64,000 nucleotides of DNA. Source: an uncultured Planctomycetaceae bacterium (lineage in GTDB: Bacteria; Planctomycetota; Planctomycetia; Planctomycetales; Planctomycetaceae). The first letter of the stretch is position 1; each line of letters opens with the position of its first letter. The notes beneath the pieces are model-generated. The model was not told the DNA's origin. It saw only the letters and a program-made list of their open reading frames with translations, and searched no databases. The position numbers and the translations under genes were made by a program. The stretch lies in NCBI GenBank assembly GCA_963976765.1, contig CAXBME010000035.1, positions 1 through 64,000 on the forward strand, read 5' to 3'. Positions 21,679 through 31,221 of this stretch are shown here, in pieces.

Positions 21679-22406
21679 CTCAGACACAGGCCCTGGGGTG
21701 ATGCGAAAGCCGAGTGGAATCCGACGGCCTTTCCATCGATCTTCGAATGAGCCAACCCAGGGGTTATGCCCAAATCAGTAATGGACAGCCGACACAAACG
21801 CCGAATAATGCCCCGAACACTTCAGAAACCGCTGAGACCGTTCGAGTTACGTGGACGAGCATTATGAAATGCCACGAACAATGAAGCAATCATGTTTGGC
21901 TTCATATCCGCTGAAGGCACCGATTGCACCGAAGTCAACTGACGAAGTGAACTGACCCGTCCAAACCGGTTTTTGTTACCCGTCTGAAAGCCGAAAAGCC
22001 GGCAACCGATGCCGGCTGGCCTGTGAAGCCAATATGAAGCAATCCAGCTCGAGCTGCTCATCCATCGGATCCGGGTGTCCGGGATCCACCACAAACCGGC
22101 TCATCACCGTTCGGCCGGAAGACAAAACGCCAGTGATTCGGCAGCGCCGTGAAGGCGTTGCGAAACGAATTTCCACGATGTTGCATTGTCCGCCCCGAGC
22201 AACGCTGAGACGACGTCACCACCTTCACGCCCGCGCGAAGCATGACAACGTTAAGCGTCTGGGATTCTGACCACTCGAAACGTCTCCTCAAAATGCCCCA
22301 AATCCAGAGCACTTTCAGAATTCATTTTCAGTGTTCTGCAGGAAGTCCCTCAGGAAACAATGGCTGTTCCGTGTGCCGGTTCCTGCTCAGAAACCATAAA
22401 GATGGT

Positions 22407-25400
22407 CTAAAACGCGTGGTAGAGGCCGAACCAGAAGACTCCGGTGTCGCGTTCGATCGAGCGACCGTATTCGATGCGGAAGGTCAGAGTCTCGACGAAG
22501 CTGAGTAGAGGCAGGTCGAAGTAAAGCCCACCGCCGACGGCCTGGTCGATCCCACCCTGACTTTTATCAAACAGGAATGACTCGCCAACGTCATAAAACA
22601 CTGATCCAGAGATTGACCGTAGAGCTGCCAGGTTGTCGACAACTTCGAGATCCAGTTCGCCCGTCAGCGGGAATCGGTATTCGAGACTCGTCAGCCAGAA
22701 GGCGTTCCCTTCTGTGACGTCGGAGCGTCGTCCACGAAAACGCCCCGGACCGCCGAAACGAAAATGCTCACCGTTATCTGACCAGCCATAGCCTCCGGCA
22801 ACACGAGCGGCGACACGTGTTTCCGACAGGTAACCGTACCCTTCCGGCAGACCTTGAACGACCGAAAACTGACTGTCGACCCGGTCGTAGGTCTGACCGT
22901 CGCCGAACGCGACGAAGCCATGCTCATAGTTGGCGTCAAACTGAAATCCGCTGCGAGGGTTCCAGTACGGCATGCGCGTATCAGCGTGGAAAGTCGCCCC
23001 GAATGCACGAATGTTTCGATAATCAGCGACGCCCGGCGCCGACGGACCGGATGTATCTGCATCGGGAAAAAAGTTATCGCCGATTCTCGCATAGAAATCG
23101 ACGTAGCTCAGGTCCGGGCGAATGAGACTTGTTGTGTACGCCAGAATCTTCCGCGCGTAGATCCTCGCCTGATCGCCAGGATTGTTGTTGATGTTTGTCA
23201 GCAGCGAATGTTCGTAGCGCAGTCCCAGCTGCCAGTTCGGCCAGGGCATGTTGTACAGAACAGACTCAATACCTGCCGAAAGATTTTCGTTGTTCGTCTG
23301 AGTTGTGTAGCCGATGAACGGCGAGACTCGAAACTCGTTTGCAGCGATAAACGAACCGCGAAAGCCTATCCGGCCATCCCGATCGACTCCGGGGCCAAAC
23401 ACGATCGACTTTCGTTCGAACGGCTGAATCAGTGGTGCTTCATCGATCGGTGTGTACAGTGGGCTGTAGCGAATCGCGATGTCGCGTTTCCATTCGTTGT
23501 TGCCCGGCAATTGATCGATCACCCAGCCTTCCGGGTCAATCTCGACCTGCTTTGGTGGTCGATCCGTGACGAATGAAAACTCCCAGGTTCTTTCGTCAAT
23601 CTGTCGCGAGTTGGAATCAGTCAACGACCGATCCGCAAGACCTGAGATACCCGGCATGGCCTCGATGACGGTGTCCGCATTCGCATCTCCGCTCGGTGCC
23701 AGGTGCAGTGCGACTTCGATCGGCTCAGAGATTTCGCCTGTTTGAACGACGCGTGCAACGGTGCGAAACCTGTCGCCTTCCTGAACCGTGTCGACGTTAG
23801 CGATCTTCCAGTCACAGGTTCGACCGGAGCGGAGCCAATCATCGAAGAACTGCTCCCAGCTTTCGCCCGAGTAGTCTTCCAGCAACTTCTGAAAGTCGTC
23901 GGCTCGCAGAATTCTGAACTTGTACTCGGCGTAAAGTAGTCTCAGAAATCCAAAGAAACGCTCGCGTCCAAGCCGGTGCTGAATCATACCGACAATGCGG
24001 GCACCTTTGTCATACACGAGAAAAAACAGGTTGTGGATATGCCCCAGTTCTTCTAGCGACGCAAGCGTCTTCCCGTTTCCGCCGCGACTGGAATACAGCG
24101 CGTATCCACTGTGAACGAGACTGCGATAGTGAATGTTCGGCAGCCCCCAGTTTGAACCGCCTGGCAGATCGAGAACCTGTGCTTCGCGACCGTACTTTTC
24201 TTCCATGCGAAATCTGGTCAGCCACTGAGCGAGCCCTTCATCGACCCACGGCTCGCGGTAGCCGTCCGTGCCGACCGCCGAGTACCACCATTGATGGCAG
24301 ATTTCGTGGCTGACAAGGTGCTCGACATACCGGCCCGCCAGTTGCGGAACATCCAGAATCCGCTCGTCGATCATCACAAGGCCGGACGATTCGTTGCCGT
24401 TCCAGCCAAAGTAAGACTCGACCAGTTCAAATTCCTGATACGGGTAAGGTCCGAACCAGTTGGAGTACTGCTCGATGCATTCCGCCGCAATCTGCAAACT
24501 GAGCCGGGCGTGCCCCTGATGCTCCGGGAAGGCGAGCACTCGGATGGGAACTCCGTTGCTGACCGATTCGTAGACCTCGAAACGGTCGCTCGCGACGATC
24601 GTAAAGTCGCGAAGCCCAAAACCCTCGATATCCAGTATCGAATGACCGGTCGCGTCCACCGATCGCGACACCACGTGCCCACCGGTTGCCGCTTCCTGAC
24701 CGGGTGAAAGTCGCAGCCGGACGTTGTAGACGCCGGCTTCGTTCAGCCACGGCTGATGCCAGGGAATGTACGGCACCGCATCCCAACCCTGGTCGCTGTA
24801 CGCAGCAAGGATCGGATACCAGTTCAGAAGATTGGTGACCCCTTTGTGTTGTCCGAGCCTGCCCTGTTTCGGCGGCAGATCGAGATCGAATCGAAGCGTC
24901 ACTTCCACCGACTGCCCCGGCTGCACCTCTTCGGAAAGCTGGATGTGCAGGTGCGTGTCCGCGTCTGGATCAAAATGTGCTCCAAGACTCCGGTCGCCCG
25001 ACTCAACCGACTTCAAATGGAACCGGCCGCCGTCTCGATCAATCGTGTTACGAGGGTCGAGACGCAGCGATTCAACCGTGCGTTCGGCAATGGCAAGCGT
25101 CTTTTCGTCCGGGCGGTTGTTCGGGACGACATGAAAAACGAGCGATTGCGTCGAGATCGGTCCCGGATTCGTCCAGCGAACTGTTTCCTCGACCTGAACT
25201 TTGCCGCCATCGGTGTCCAGATTGATGTCCATCCGGTACTGCGGCAGCTGCAGTTCCGCGACGTGACTTCTGACTTCGGCTGGTTGCGGCGGAAGCAATC
25301 TCGGTGAGGATCGAACCGCGGCACGAGATGATGCAGGACTCTGCAGAGTGATCGGCTCCGGCAGCCGAACGGCTTCTCCCTGGGCGCGTGCAACCGACTG

Positions 25401-25466
25401 CTCAATCGCCATCAAAGCGAAAAAGCAAACCACCTGCCGGAAAATGCAGCCATCCATGCGAAGCAT
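22407..25466 (-). CDS. M1-family zinc aminopeptidase with C-terminal Omp85/BamA-like beta-barrel
   Basis: HEICHQWW…DEGLA gluzincin motif, VYDKG; C-terminal amphipathic strands, FGGPGRFRG, VFYDVG, RIEYG, ending FWFGLYHAF. Confidence 0.8.
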   Translation of the reverse strand: MLRMDGCIFRQVVCFFALMAIEQSVARAQGEAVRLPEPITLQSPASSRAAVRSSPRLLPPQPAEVRSHVAELQLPQYRMDINLDTDGGKVQVEETVRWTNPGPISTQSLVFHVVPNNRPDEKTLAIAERTVESLRLDPRNTIDRDGGRFHLKSVESGDRSLGAHFDPDADTHLHIQLSEEVQPGQSVEVTLRFDLDLPPKQGRLGQHKGVTNLLNWYPILAAYSDQGWDAVPYIPWHQPWLNEAGVYNVRLRLSPGQEAATGGHVVSRSVDATGHSILDIEGFGLRDFTIVASDRFEVYESVSNGVPIRVLAFPEHQGHARLSLQIAAECIEQYSNWFGPYPYQEFELVESYFGWNGNESSGLVMIDERILDVPQLAGRYVEHLVSHEICHQWWYSAVGTDGYREPWVDEGLAQWLTRFRMEEKYGREAQVLDLPGGSNWGLPNIHYRSLVHSGYALYSSRGGNGKTLASLEELGHIHNLFFLVYDKGARIVGMIQHRLGRERFFGFLRLLYAEYKFRILRADDFQKLLEDYSGESWEQFFDDWLRSGRTCDWKIANVDTVQEGDRFRTVARVVQTGEISEPIEVALHLAPSGDANADTVIEAMPGISGLADRSLTDSNSRQIDERTWEFSFVTDRPPKQVEIDPEGWVIDQLPGNNEWKRDIAIRYSPLYTPIDEAPLIQPFERKSIVFGPGVDRDGRIGFRGSFIAANEFRVSPFIGYTTQTNNENLSAGIESVLYNMPWPNWQLGLRYEHSLLTNINNNPGDQARIYARKILAYTTSLIRPDLSYVDFYARIGDNFFPDADTSGPSAPGVADYRNIRAFGATFHADTRMPYWNPRSGFQFDANYEHGFVAFGDGQTYDRVDSQFSVVQGLPEGYGYLSETRVAARVAGGYGWSDNGEHFRFGGPGRFRGRRSDVTEGNAFWLTSLEYRFPLTGELDLEVVDNLAALRSISGSVFYDVGESFLFDKSQGGIDQAVGGGLYFDLPLLSFVETLTFRIEYGRSIERDTGVFWFGLYHAF

Positions 25467-25842
25467 TTAAGATTACTGACAGTTACTAACTCAAAGTGAC
25501 ACCTGCCCGGACAACAAAGCAGGCAAATTGACGAACCTGCCCAACTTTGATGACGACAGCAATCACTCAATCGGCGTCCGTTTATGCCCGCATTTTGGGT
25601 TATCCGGAAAAACAACCACTCAGGTCAAGATGTGCTCAGGCAGCGCTTATCGCTAACAACCCAATCCCCCCAGACGGCCTCGGCAAAATGCAACAGAAAA
25701 AAAACAGCTCAGCAACAAATAAACAATTGCTCAAACACTTCCTTAAGAATCGCCATGGGCTCGAACGAGGCCAGAAGTAGCGACCTGCCGAGCTGGCTGA
25801 CAGCCTGTAGATCAGGTCACAGGCTGCTGAAAAGTCGAAATG

Positions 25843-26589
25843 CTACTTCAGCTTGTCGGCAAAGACTTTGCGGACCTTTTCGACCTTCGGGCGGATCACG
25901 AACTGGCAATATCGCGCGCTGCTGTTCTGGGCGAAGTAGTCCTGGTGGTAGCCCTCGGCCGAGTAAAACCCTTCAAACGGGACGATTTCTGTGACGACCG
26001 GTTTTCCAAACGCATTGTCTTCGTTGAGTCGTTTCCTGTATTCCTCGGCAAGTTCTCGCTGCTCGTCGTTGTGGTAAAAAACTGCCGACCGATATTGCGT
26101 CCCAACATCCGCTCCCTGCCGATTGAGTGTGGTCGGGTCGTGCGATGTCCAGAACACTTCGAGCAGCTCTTTGTAGGTAATCACCGAGGGATCATACTCA
26201 AACTGAATTACTTCGGCATGGCCCGTGTTACCACTGGAAACCAGTTTGTAATCCGCGTCTTCCGCCTTGCCTCCAGCGTAGCCGGAGCGAACATTTTCAA
26301 CACTTTTGAGCTGTTCGAAAACCGCCTCAACGCACCAGAAGCATCCCGCTCCGAACGTCGCTGTTTCCCGTCTGGGCACTTCGGGAGTTGCTTCAGAAAC
26401 GTCGACAGAAGCCACCTCAGCTCTAGGCTCCGCAGTGTCGTCCGCCGAACTGACGGACACCGGGGGGACGGCGGAGACTGACGGTGCTTCTGAATTTGTG
26501 GCACTGCTGCACCCAGATATCGACACCAGTGTCAGCGAAATCAGCAGACAGTAAACAGAACTCACTACGGCTGAGAAACGCATCCGCAT
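25843..26589 (-). CDS. msrA: Peptide methionine (S)-sulfoxide reductase, probable lipoprotein
   Basis: GCFWC, GYAGG, GHAEV, HDPT…QGADVGTQYRS, AEGYHQDY; hydrophobic N-terminus with ISGC lipobox. Confidence 0.93.
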   Translation of the reverse strand: MRMRFSAVVSSVYCLLISLTLVSISGCSSATNSEAPSVSAVPPVSVSSADDTAEPRAEVASVDVSEATPEVPRRETATFGAGCFWCVEAVFEQLKSVENVRSGYAGGKAEDADYKLVSSGNTGHAEVIQFEYDPSVITYKELLEVFWTSHDPTTLNRQGADVGTQYRSAVFYHNDEQRELAEEYRKRLNEDNAFGKPVVTEIVPFEGFYSAEGYHQDYFAQNSSARYCQFVIRPKVEKVRKVFADKLK

Positions 26590-27002
26590 CCTCTCATGAT
26601 ATTCAAGAGTCAGTCGTGGTAATAAATCAGTGAGCTGATTGCCCAACCAGTTGTGAGGACTGTTTTACCGCAGTGACCTCCGTTTCGAACAGGTCACCTC
26701 CGGCAGATTTCTGCTCGATAACGTCGATTGTTCCCCGCATTCGCAATTGCTCGACTCATTATGAGGGGCGATGCATTTCCCGAAACGGGCGAAAGGAGCA
26801 GTGTTTCCGCGTGATTCATGCTCGAAGTTCGACTCTGAATCGACGAGTTGATCTCGAACCGCTGAATGTTCGGGCGCAACTTGCTGATTCACTGTCGTGT
26901 CGCATCTAAATCGCCGGATGCGTTTGAACGGTTGCTGAATGTCGCAAATCCGCCCATAAATGGTTGGACAATTTGCTCGACGGATTTTCAAGGAATTGCC
27001 GT

Positions 27003-28028
27003 ATGTCAGAGTCTGATGTTTCGCCGACGGGTCGCCTGAGCGACAACGATGTGCAGGCGATCGATCAGTTGCGAGGCTCGTACGACCAATTGGTTGCCGA
27101 ACTGGGACGCGTCATCGTCGGTCAGCGAGGCACCATCGAGCGGCTGGCGATCTGCCTGTTTGCTCGCGGGCACGCTCTCCTGATGGGTGTGCCGGGGCTG
27201 GCCAAGACGTTGCTGGTGAGCAAGCTGGCCGAGACAATGTCGCTCGATTTCAGCCGGATCCAGTTCACGCCCGACCTGATGCCGATGGATATTACCGGCA
27301 CGGACATCCTGCAGGACACGGCGGGCGGCAAACGCGAGTTCGAATTCGTCCACGGTCCGGTCTTTGCCAACATGGTCCTGGCCGACGAAATCAATCGTGC
27401 TCCGCCAAAGACTCAGGCGGCCATGCTTGAGGCCATGCAGGAACACCGAGTCACCGTACTCGGTAAGAGCTTCCCGTTGCCGCCGCCGTTCCTGGTTCTG
27501 GCGACTCAGAATCCGGTCGAGCAGGAAGGGACTTATCCACTGCCGGAAGCTCAGCTGGACCGGTTCATGTTTCTGATCGAGCTGGACTATCCGTCGGAAG
27601 CGGAAGAAATCCAGATCGCCCGCACGACGACCGGCGGTACGCTGCCGGCTCTGAAGCACATTCTTCACGCCGAAGACATTATCCGGCATCAGGATCTCGT
27701 CCGACGAGTCCCCGTCCCGGACCATATTTATCAGTACGCGGCGAAGCTGGTCCGCAAAACTCGACCGGACGGTGAAACGGCTCCGGACTGGATGAAGCCG
27801 CTGGTTTCCTGGGGAGCCGGCCCGCGAGCGGTCCAGTACCTGATCCTCGGCGCCAAATCGCGAGCGGCTCTGATGGGCAGCTACATGGTTCGCCTGGAAG
27901 ACGTGCAGCAGGTGGCGTCGCCAGTCCTGACTCACCGGATCATCACAACGTTCGCCGCTCAGGCCGAAGGAATCGACGCCGGACAGATCGTCCGCCGCCT
28001 GATCGAAGAGACGAGCCCTGACGCATGA
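27003..28028 (+). CDS. moxR: MoxR-family AAA+ ATPase
   Basis: GVPGLAKT, RIQFTPDLMP, LADEINRAPPKTQAAMLEAMQE, ATQNPVEQEGTYPLPEAQLDRF. Confidence 0.95.
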   Translation: MSESDVSPTGRLSDNDVQAIDQLRGSYDQLVAELGRVIVGQRGTIERLAICLFARGHALLMGVPGLAKTLLVSKLAETMSLDFSRIQFTPDLMPMDITGTDILQDTAGGKREFEFVHGPVFANMVLADEINRAPPKTQAAMLEAMQEHRVTVLGKSFPLPPPFLVLATQNPVEQEGTYPLPEAQLDRFMFLIELDYPSEAEEIQIARTTTGGTLPALKHILHAEDIIRHQDLVRRVPVPDHIYQYAAKLVRKTRPDGETAPDWMKPLVSWGAGPRAVQYLILGAKSRAALMGSYMVRLEDVQQVASPVLTHRIITTFAAQAEGIDAGQIVRRLIEETSPDA

Positions 28029-28083
28029 ACTCTGTGACGTCGTCGCGTTCAGAAAGAGTCAGCAACTTGAACACCGAGCCTTC

Positions 28084-28989
28084 ATGTCTGTGAACCGACA
28101 ACCTCGCAGCTTCCTTGATACCCGAGTGCTTTCGCGCCTCGCCGGGCTTCCGTTTCTCGCGCGGCAGCCGATGCAGGGCAGCGTTTCCGGTCGACACGCC
28201 AGTCCGCATCGAGGCTCCAGTGTCGAATTCGCCGAGTATCGCAAGTACGTTCCGGGGGATGATCTCCGGCGGTTGGACTGGCGAGCGTACGGGCGGTCGG
28301 ACCGCTTCTACGTCAAAGAATTCGAAGCCGACACGAATCTGCGATGCTGCTTCGTTGTCGACACCAGCGGATCGATGGACTTCGGCTCGGGCGACGTCAC
28401 CAAACTTCAATATGCCAGGCGACTCGTCGGTGCGCTGGGCTACATGGCCGTTCAACAAGGCGACGCCGTCGGACTTTCGTGTGTCGCGGAAGGCATTGTT
28501 AAGAATCTGCCCCCCAAACGAGGCGCGGCGCACCTGCGAACAATGTTCGACCTGCTCGAACTCGCCGAACCGAAAGGCGAAACCGAACTCGTCACCGTCC
28601 TGCACGAACTCGCTGAAACGATTAGGCAGCGAGCGTTGATCGTCGTCCTGTCCGACCTGTTCGTTGAGCCGGCATTATTGAAAGAGTGTTTTCAACACCT
28701 GCGATTCCGAAAGCACGATGTGTCAGTGTTCCACCTGCTTGACCCTCAGGAAATCGGCTTTGAATTCAAACGCCCGACGAGGTTCCTCGACATGGAAGGC
28801 GGGCCAGCGATCTTCGCCGAACCCAACGACATCGCCGACCGCTACCATAAAGCCATCCAGCTCTACCTCGAAGATCTCCGCCAGGTCGTGCTGGAATCAG
28901 CCGTTGACTTTCACCAGGTCAAACTCGACGAAGACTACGAACACGTTCTTTCACGATTCCTGGTCGGACGAACTCGCGGGAAAGGCTGA
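28084..28989 (+). CDS. DUF58 domain protein (vWA-like MoxR partner)
   Basis: GSSVEFAEYRKYVPGDDLRRLDWR, DTSGSM, VLSDL. Confidence 0.92.
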   Translation: MSVNRQPRSFLDTRVLSRLAGLPFLARQPMQGSVSGRHASPHRGSSVEFAEYRKYVPGDDLRRLDWRAYGRSDRFYVKEFEADTNLRCCFVVDTSGSMDFGSGDVTKLQYARRLVGALGYMAVQQGDAVGLSCVAEGIVKNLPPKRGAAHLRTMFDLLELAEPKGETELVTVLHELAETIRQRALIVVLSDLFVEPALLKECFQHLRFRKHDVSVFHLLDPQEIGFEFKRPTRFLDMEGGPAIFAEPNDIADRYHKAIQLYLEDLRQVVLESAVDFHQVKLDEDYEHVLSRFLVGRTRGKG

Positions 28990-29139
28990 CACAACAAGAA
29001 TGCTTCCACACTGATTGAGAATTTCAAAGAAATGGTGCGAAGGGTTCGCTGAGGACTCGCAGAAACAAAGGATTGACTTCTTCATCCTCCACCTTTTTCG
29101 ACTCCGCAATCTTTGCGTTCAAAAAACGATCGAAGCTGA

Positions 29140-31206
29140 ATGACGTTTCTCCAACCCATCCTGCTGGCAGCGCTACCTCTGATTGCGTTGCCGGTCATCA
29201 TCCACCTGATCAATCAGCGCCGGTACCAGTCCGTCCGCTGGGGGGCGATGATGTTTCTGCTGGCTGCAAACCGCATGTCCCGCGGTTATGCACGTCTGCG
29301 ACAGATCCTGATTCTGATCTTTCGGACGCTGGCGGTCGCAGGGTTAATCTTCGCAGTAAGCCGCCCGCTCGCCAGTGGCTGGCTGGGACTGACTGCGGGA
29401 GGGAAGGCGGACACGACCATCATTCTGCTGGACCGTTCGCCAAGTATGCAGGAACAGGGAGCCGGCACTGGCGTTTCGAAGTTGCAGGCCGGGCGCGAGC
29501 AACTGGCGTCGACGCTGGAAACACTCGGTTCCGATCGTTGGGTACTTGTTCAAACGACGTCCGAAGGCGCTGCCGAAATCGAGTCTCCCGATTCGCTCCG
29601 CAAGCTGCCCGCAACTGAATCCGTCGGAACCTCTTCCGACCTGCCCGGCATGCTGGAGCAGGCTCGCGACTACATTCAGGCAAACAGTACCGGTCGTACC
29701 GAAGTCTGGATTTGCTCGGACATCCGTGAGAACGACTGGAACGCCGAGAGCAGCCGCTGGCAGAGCATTCGCGATTCGTTCCTCGAACTTCCACAAGCCG
29801 TGCGATTTCATCTGCTCGCGTACCCGACAGAAGCCAGCTCCAACACGTCAGTCCGAGTCACAAACGTCCGACGTTTCGAAACCGTCGACAATGCAGAACT
29901 GCTCGTCTCACTGAAAGTCTCTCGCGACGCATCCAAAGAAGACAGCGTCACACTGCCTGTTCAGTTCGAAATTGAAGGCGCGCGCTCAGAACTGACCGTT
30001 AACGTCGACGGCCCAGCTCTTGAGCTGATCGACCACCGAATTCCGATCGAGCGTTCGAACGACCGTGGTTGGGGAAAGGTATCGATCCCAGCCGACTCAA
30101 ACATGGCGGACAACGAGTTTTATTTTGTGTTCGACCGACCGAGGAAGCGTCACACGCTGGTCGTCAGCAACGATCCTCAAACAGCAATTCCGCTTCAACT
30201 CGCCGCGTCGATTTCTCCAGGTCCGTCGATTGAATGTTCTGCGGAAACGCTTTCCGAAGAACAGCTCGCGGCGGTTGACTGGGACACTGTTTCCCTGGTC
30301 CTGTGGCACGCTCCGTTGCCAAAAGATGACGCCGCAGCAACGCTCAATGATTACATCGATCGCGGAGGCCAGGTCGTCTTTCTGCCGCCGCGTGAACCTG
30401 GCTCGGCTGAATTCAGAAACGTCAGCTGGACTTCCTGGTCCGATCAGCCAACTCCGGTTTCCGTTGAATCCTGGCGAGGCGACCAGGGCATCCTGGCGAA
30501 TTCACAAAGCGGTGCCGCGCTGCCGGTCGGCGAGCTTCAGATTCAACAGCTCTGCGGACTGAACGGCGAAATCACTCCGCTGGCCAGTTTGCGAAACGGC
30601 CAGACGCTGTTCGCCCACCTGCCCACAACTCGCGGCGGCGTCTACTTCTGCACGACGACTCCCAACATGAGTGACTCATCGCTGACGACAAACGGTGTCG
30701 TACTTTACGTTTTTATTCAGCGTGCAATTGCCGCCGGCGCCGCCGTGCTCGGTCAAACTCAACAACTCACAGCCGGCGCGGCAGCGACTGGTGAACCACT
30801 CGACTGGAAGCAGATCATCGGTCCTGACGACGCACTCTCAACGGACTACGCCCATCAAAGCGGCATCTACTCGGCTGGCGAAAAACTACTCGCCGTTAAT
30901 CGAGACGGCGCCGAAGACCAGGCTGGCACACTGGATGATGACCGGCTAACGGGACTCTTTGCAGGTCTCAACTTTAACCGGGTCGACGACCGGGCTGGCA
31001 ACTTCGAGGGATTGATTCAGGAAGTCTGGAGAATGTTTCTCGTCACGATGCTGATCGCGCTGATCGTCGAAGCGATCCTCTGCATGCCTCGGAAAGTTCC
31101 GAAAGTCGAAGACCCCGGCTTCCCTCGTCGTCGTTCTGATGCCAACCCGGAATCGCCAACTGACCGATCAGCACCGGTCACACCGTCGACGTCTACAACG
31201 ATCTAA
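29140..31206 (+). CDS. BatA N-terminal / vWA domain membrane protein
   Basis: MTFLQP…LPVIIHLI…WGAMMFL double-TM BatA motif, MIDAS-like DRSPSM, C-terminal TM. Confidence 0.88.
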   Translation: MTFLQPILLAALPLIALPVIIHLINQRRYQSVRWGAMMFLLAANRMSRGYARLRQILILIFRTLAVAGLIFAVSRPLASGWLGLTAGGKADTTIILLDRSPSMQEQGAGTGVSKLQAGREQLASTLETLGSDRWVLVQTTSEGAAEIESPDSLRKLPATESVGTSSDLPGMLEQARDYIQANSTGRTEVWICSDIRENDWNAESSRWQSIRDSFLELPQAVRFHLLAYPTEASSNTSVRVTNVRRFETVDNAELLVSLKVSRDASKEDSVTLPVQFEIEGARSELTVNVDGPALELIDHRIPIERSNDRGWGKVSIPADSNMADNEFYFVFDRPRKRHTLVVSNDPQTAIPLQLAASISPGPSIECSAETLSEEQLAAVDWDTVSLVLWHAPLPKDDAAATLNDYIDRGGQVVFLPPREPGSAEFRNVSWTSWSDQPTPVSVESWRGDQGILANSQSGAALPVGELQIQQLCGLNGEITPLASLRNGQTLFAHLPTTRGGVYFCTTTPNMSDSSLTTNGVVLYVFIQRAIAAGAAVLGQTQQLTAGAAATGEPLDWKQIIGPDDALSTDYAHQSGIYSAGEKLLAVNRDGAEDQAGTLDDDRLTGLFAGLNFNRVDDRAGNFEGLIQEVWRMFLVTMLIALIVEAILCMPRKVPKVEDPGFPRRRSDANPESPTDRSAPVTPSTSTTI

Positions 31207-31221
31207 AAAGGGACCAAACAC

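Noticed and set aside
21690..22400. Small gene or riboswitch in the 700-bp gap between the kinase and the peptidase
   Set aside because: The short ORFs lack an RBS or motifs, and no riboswitch consensus was recognised.
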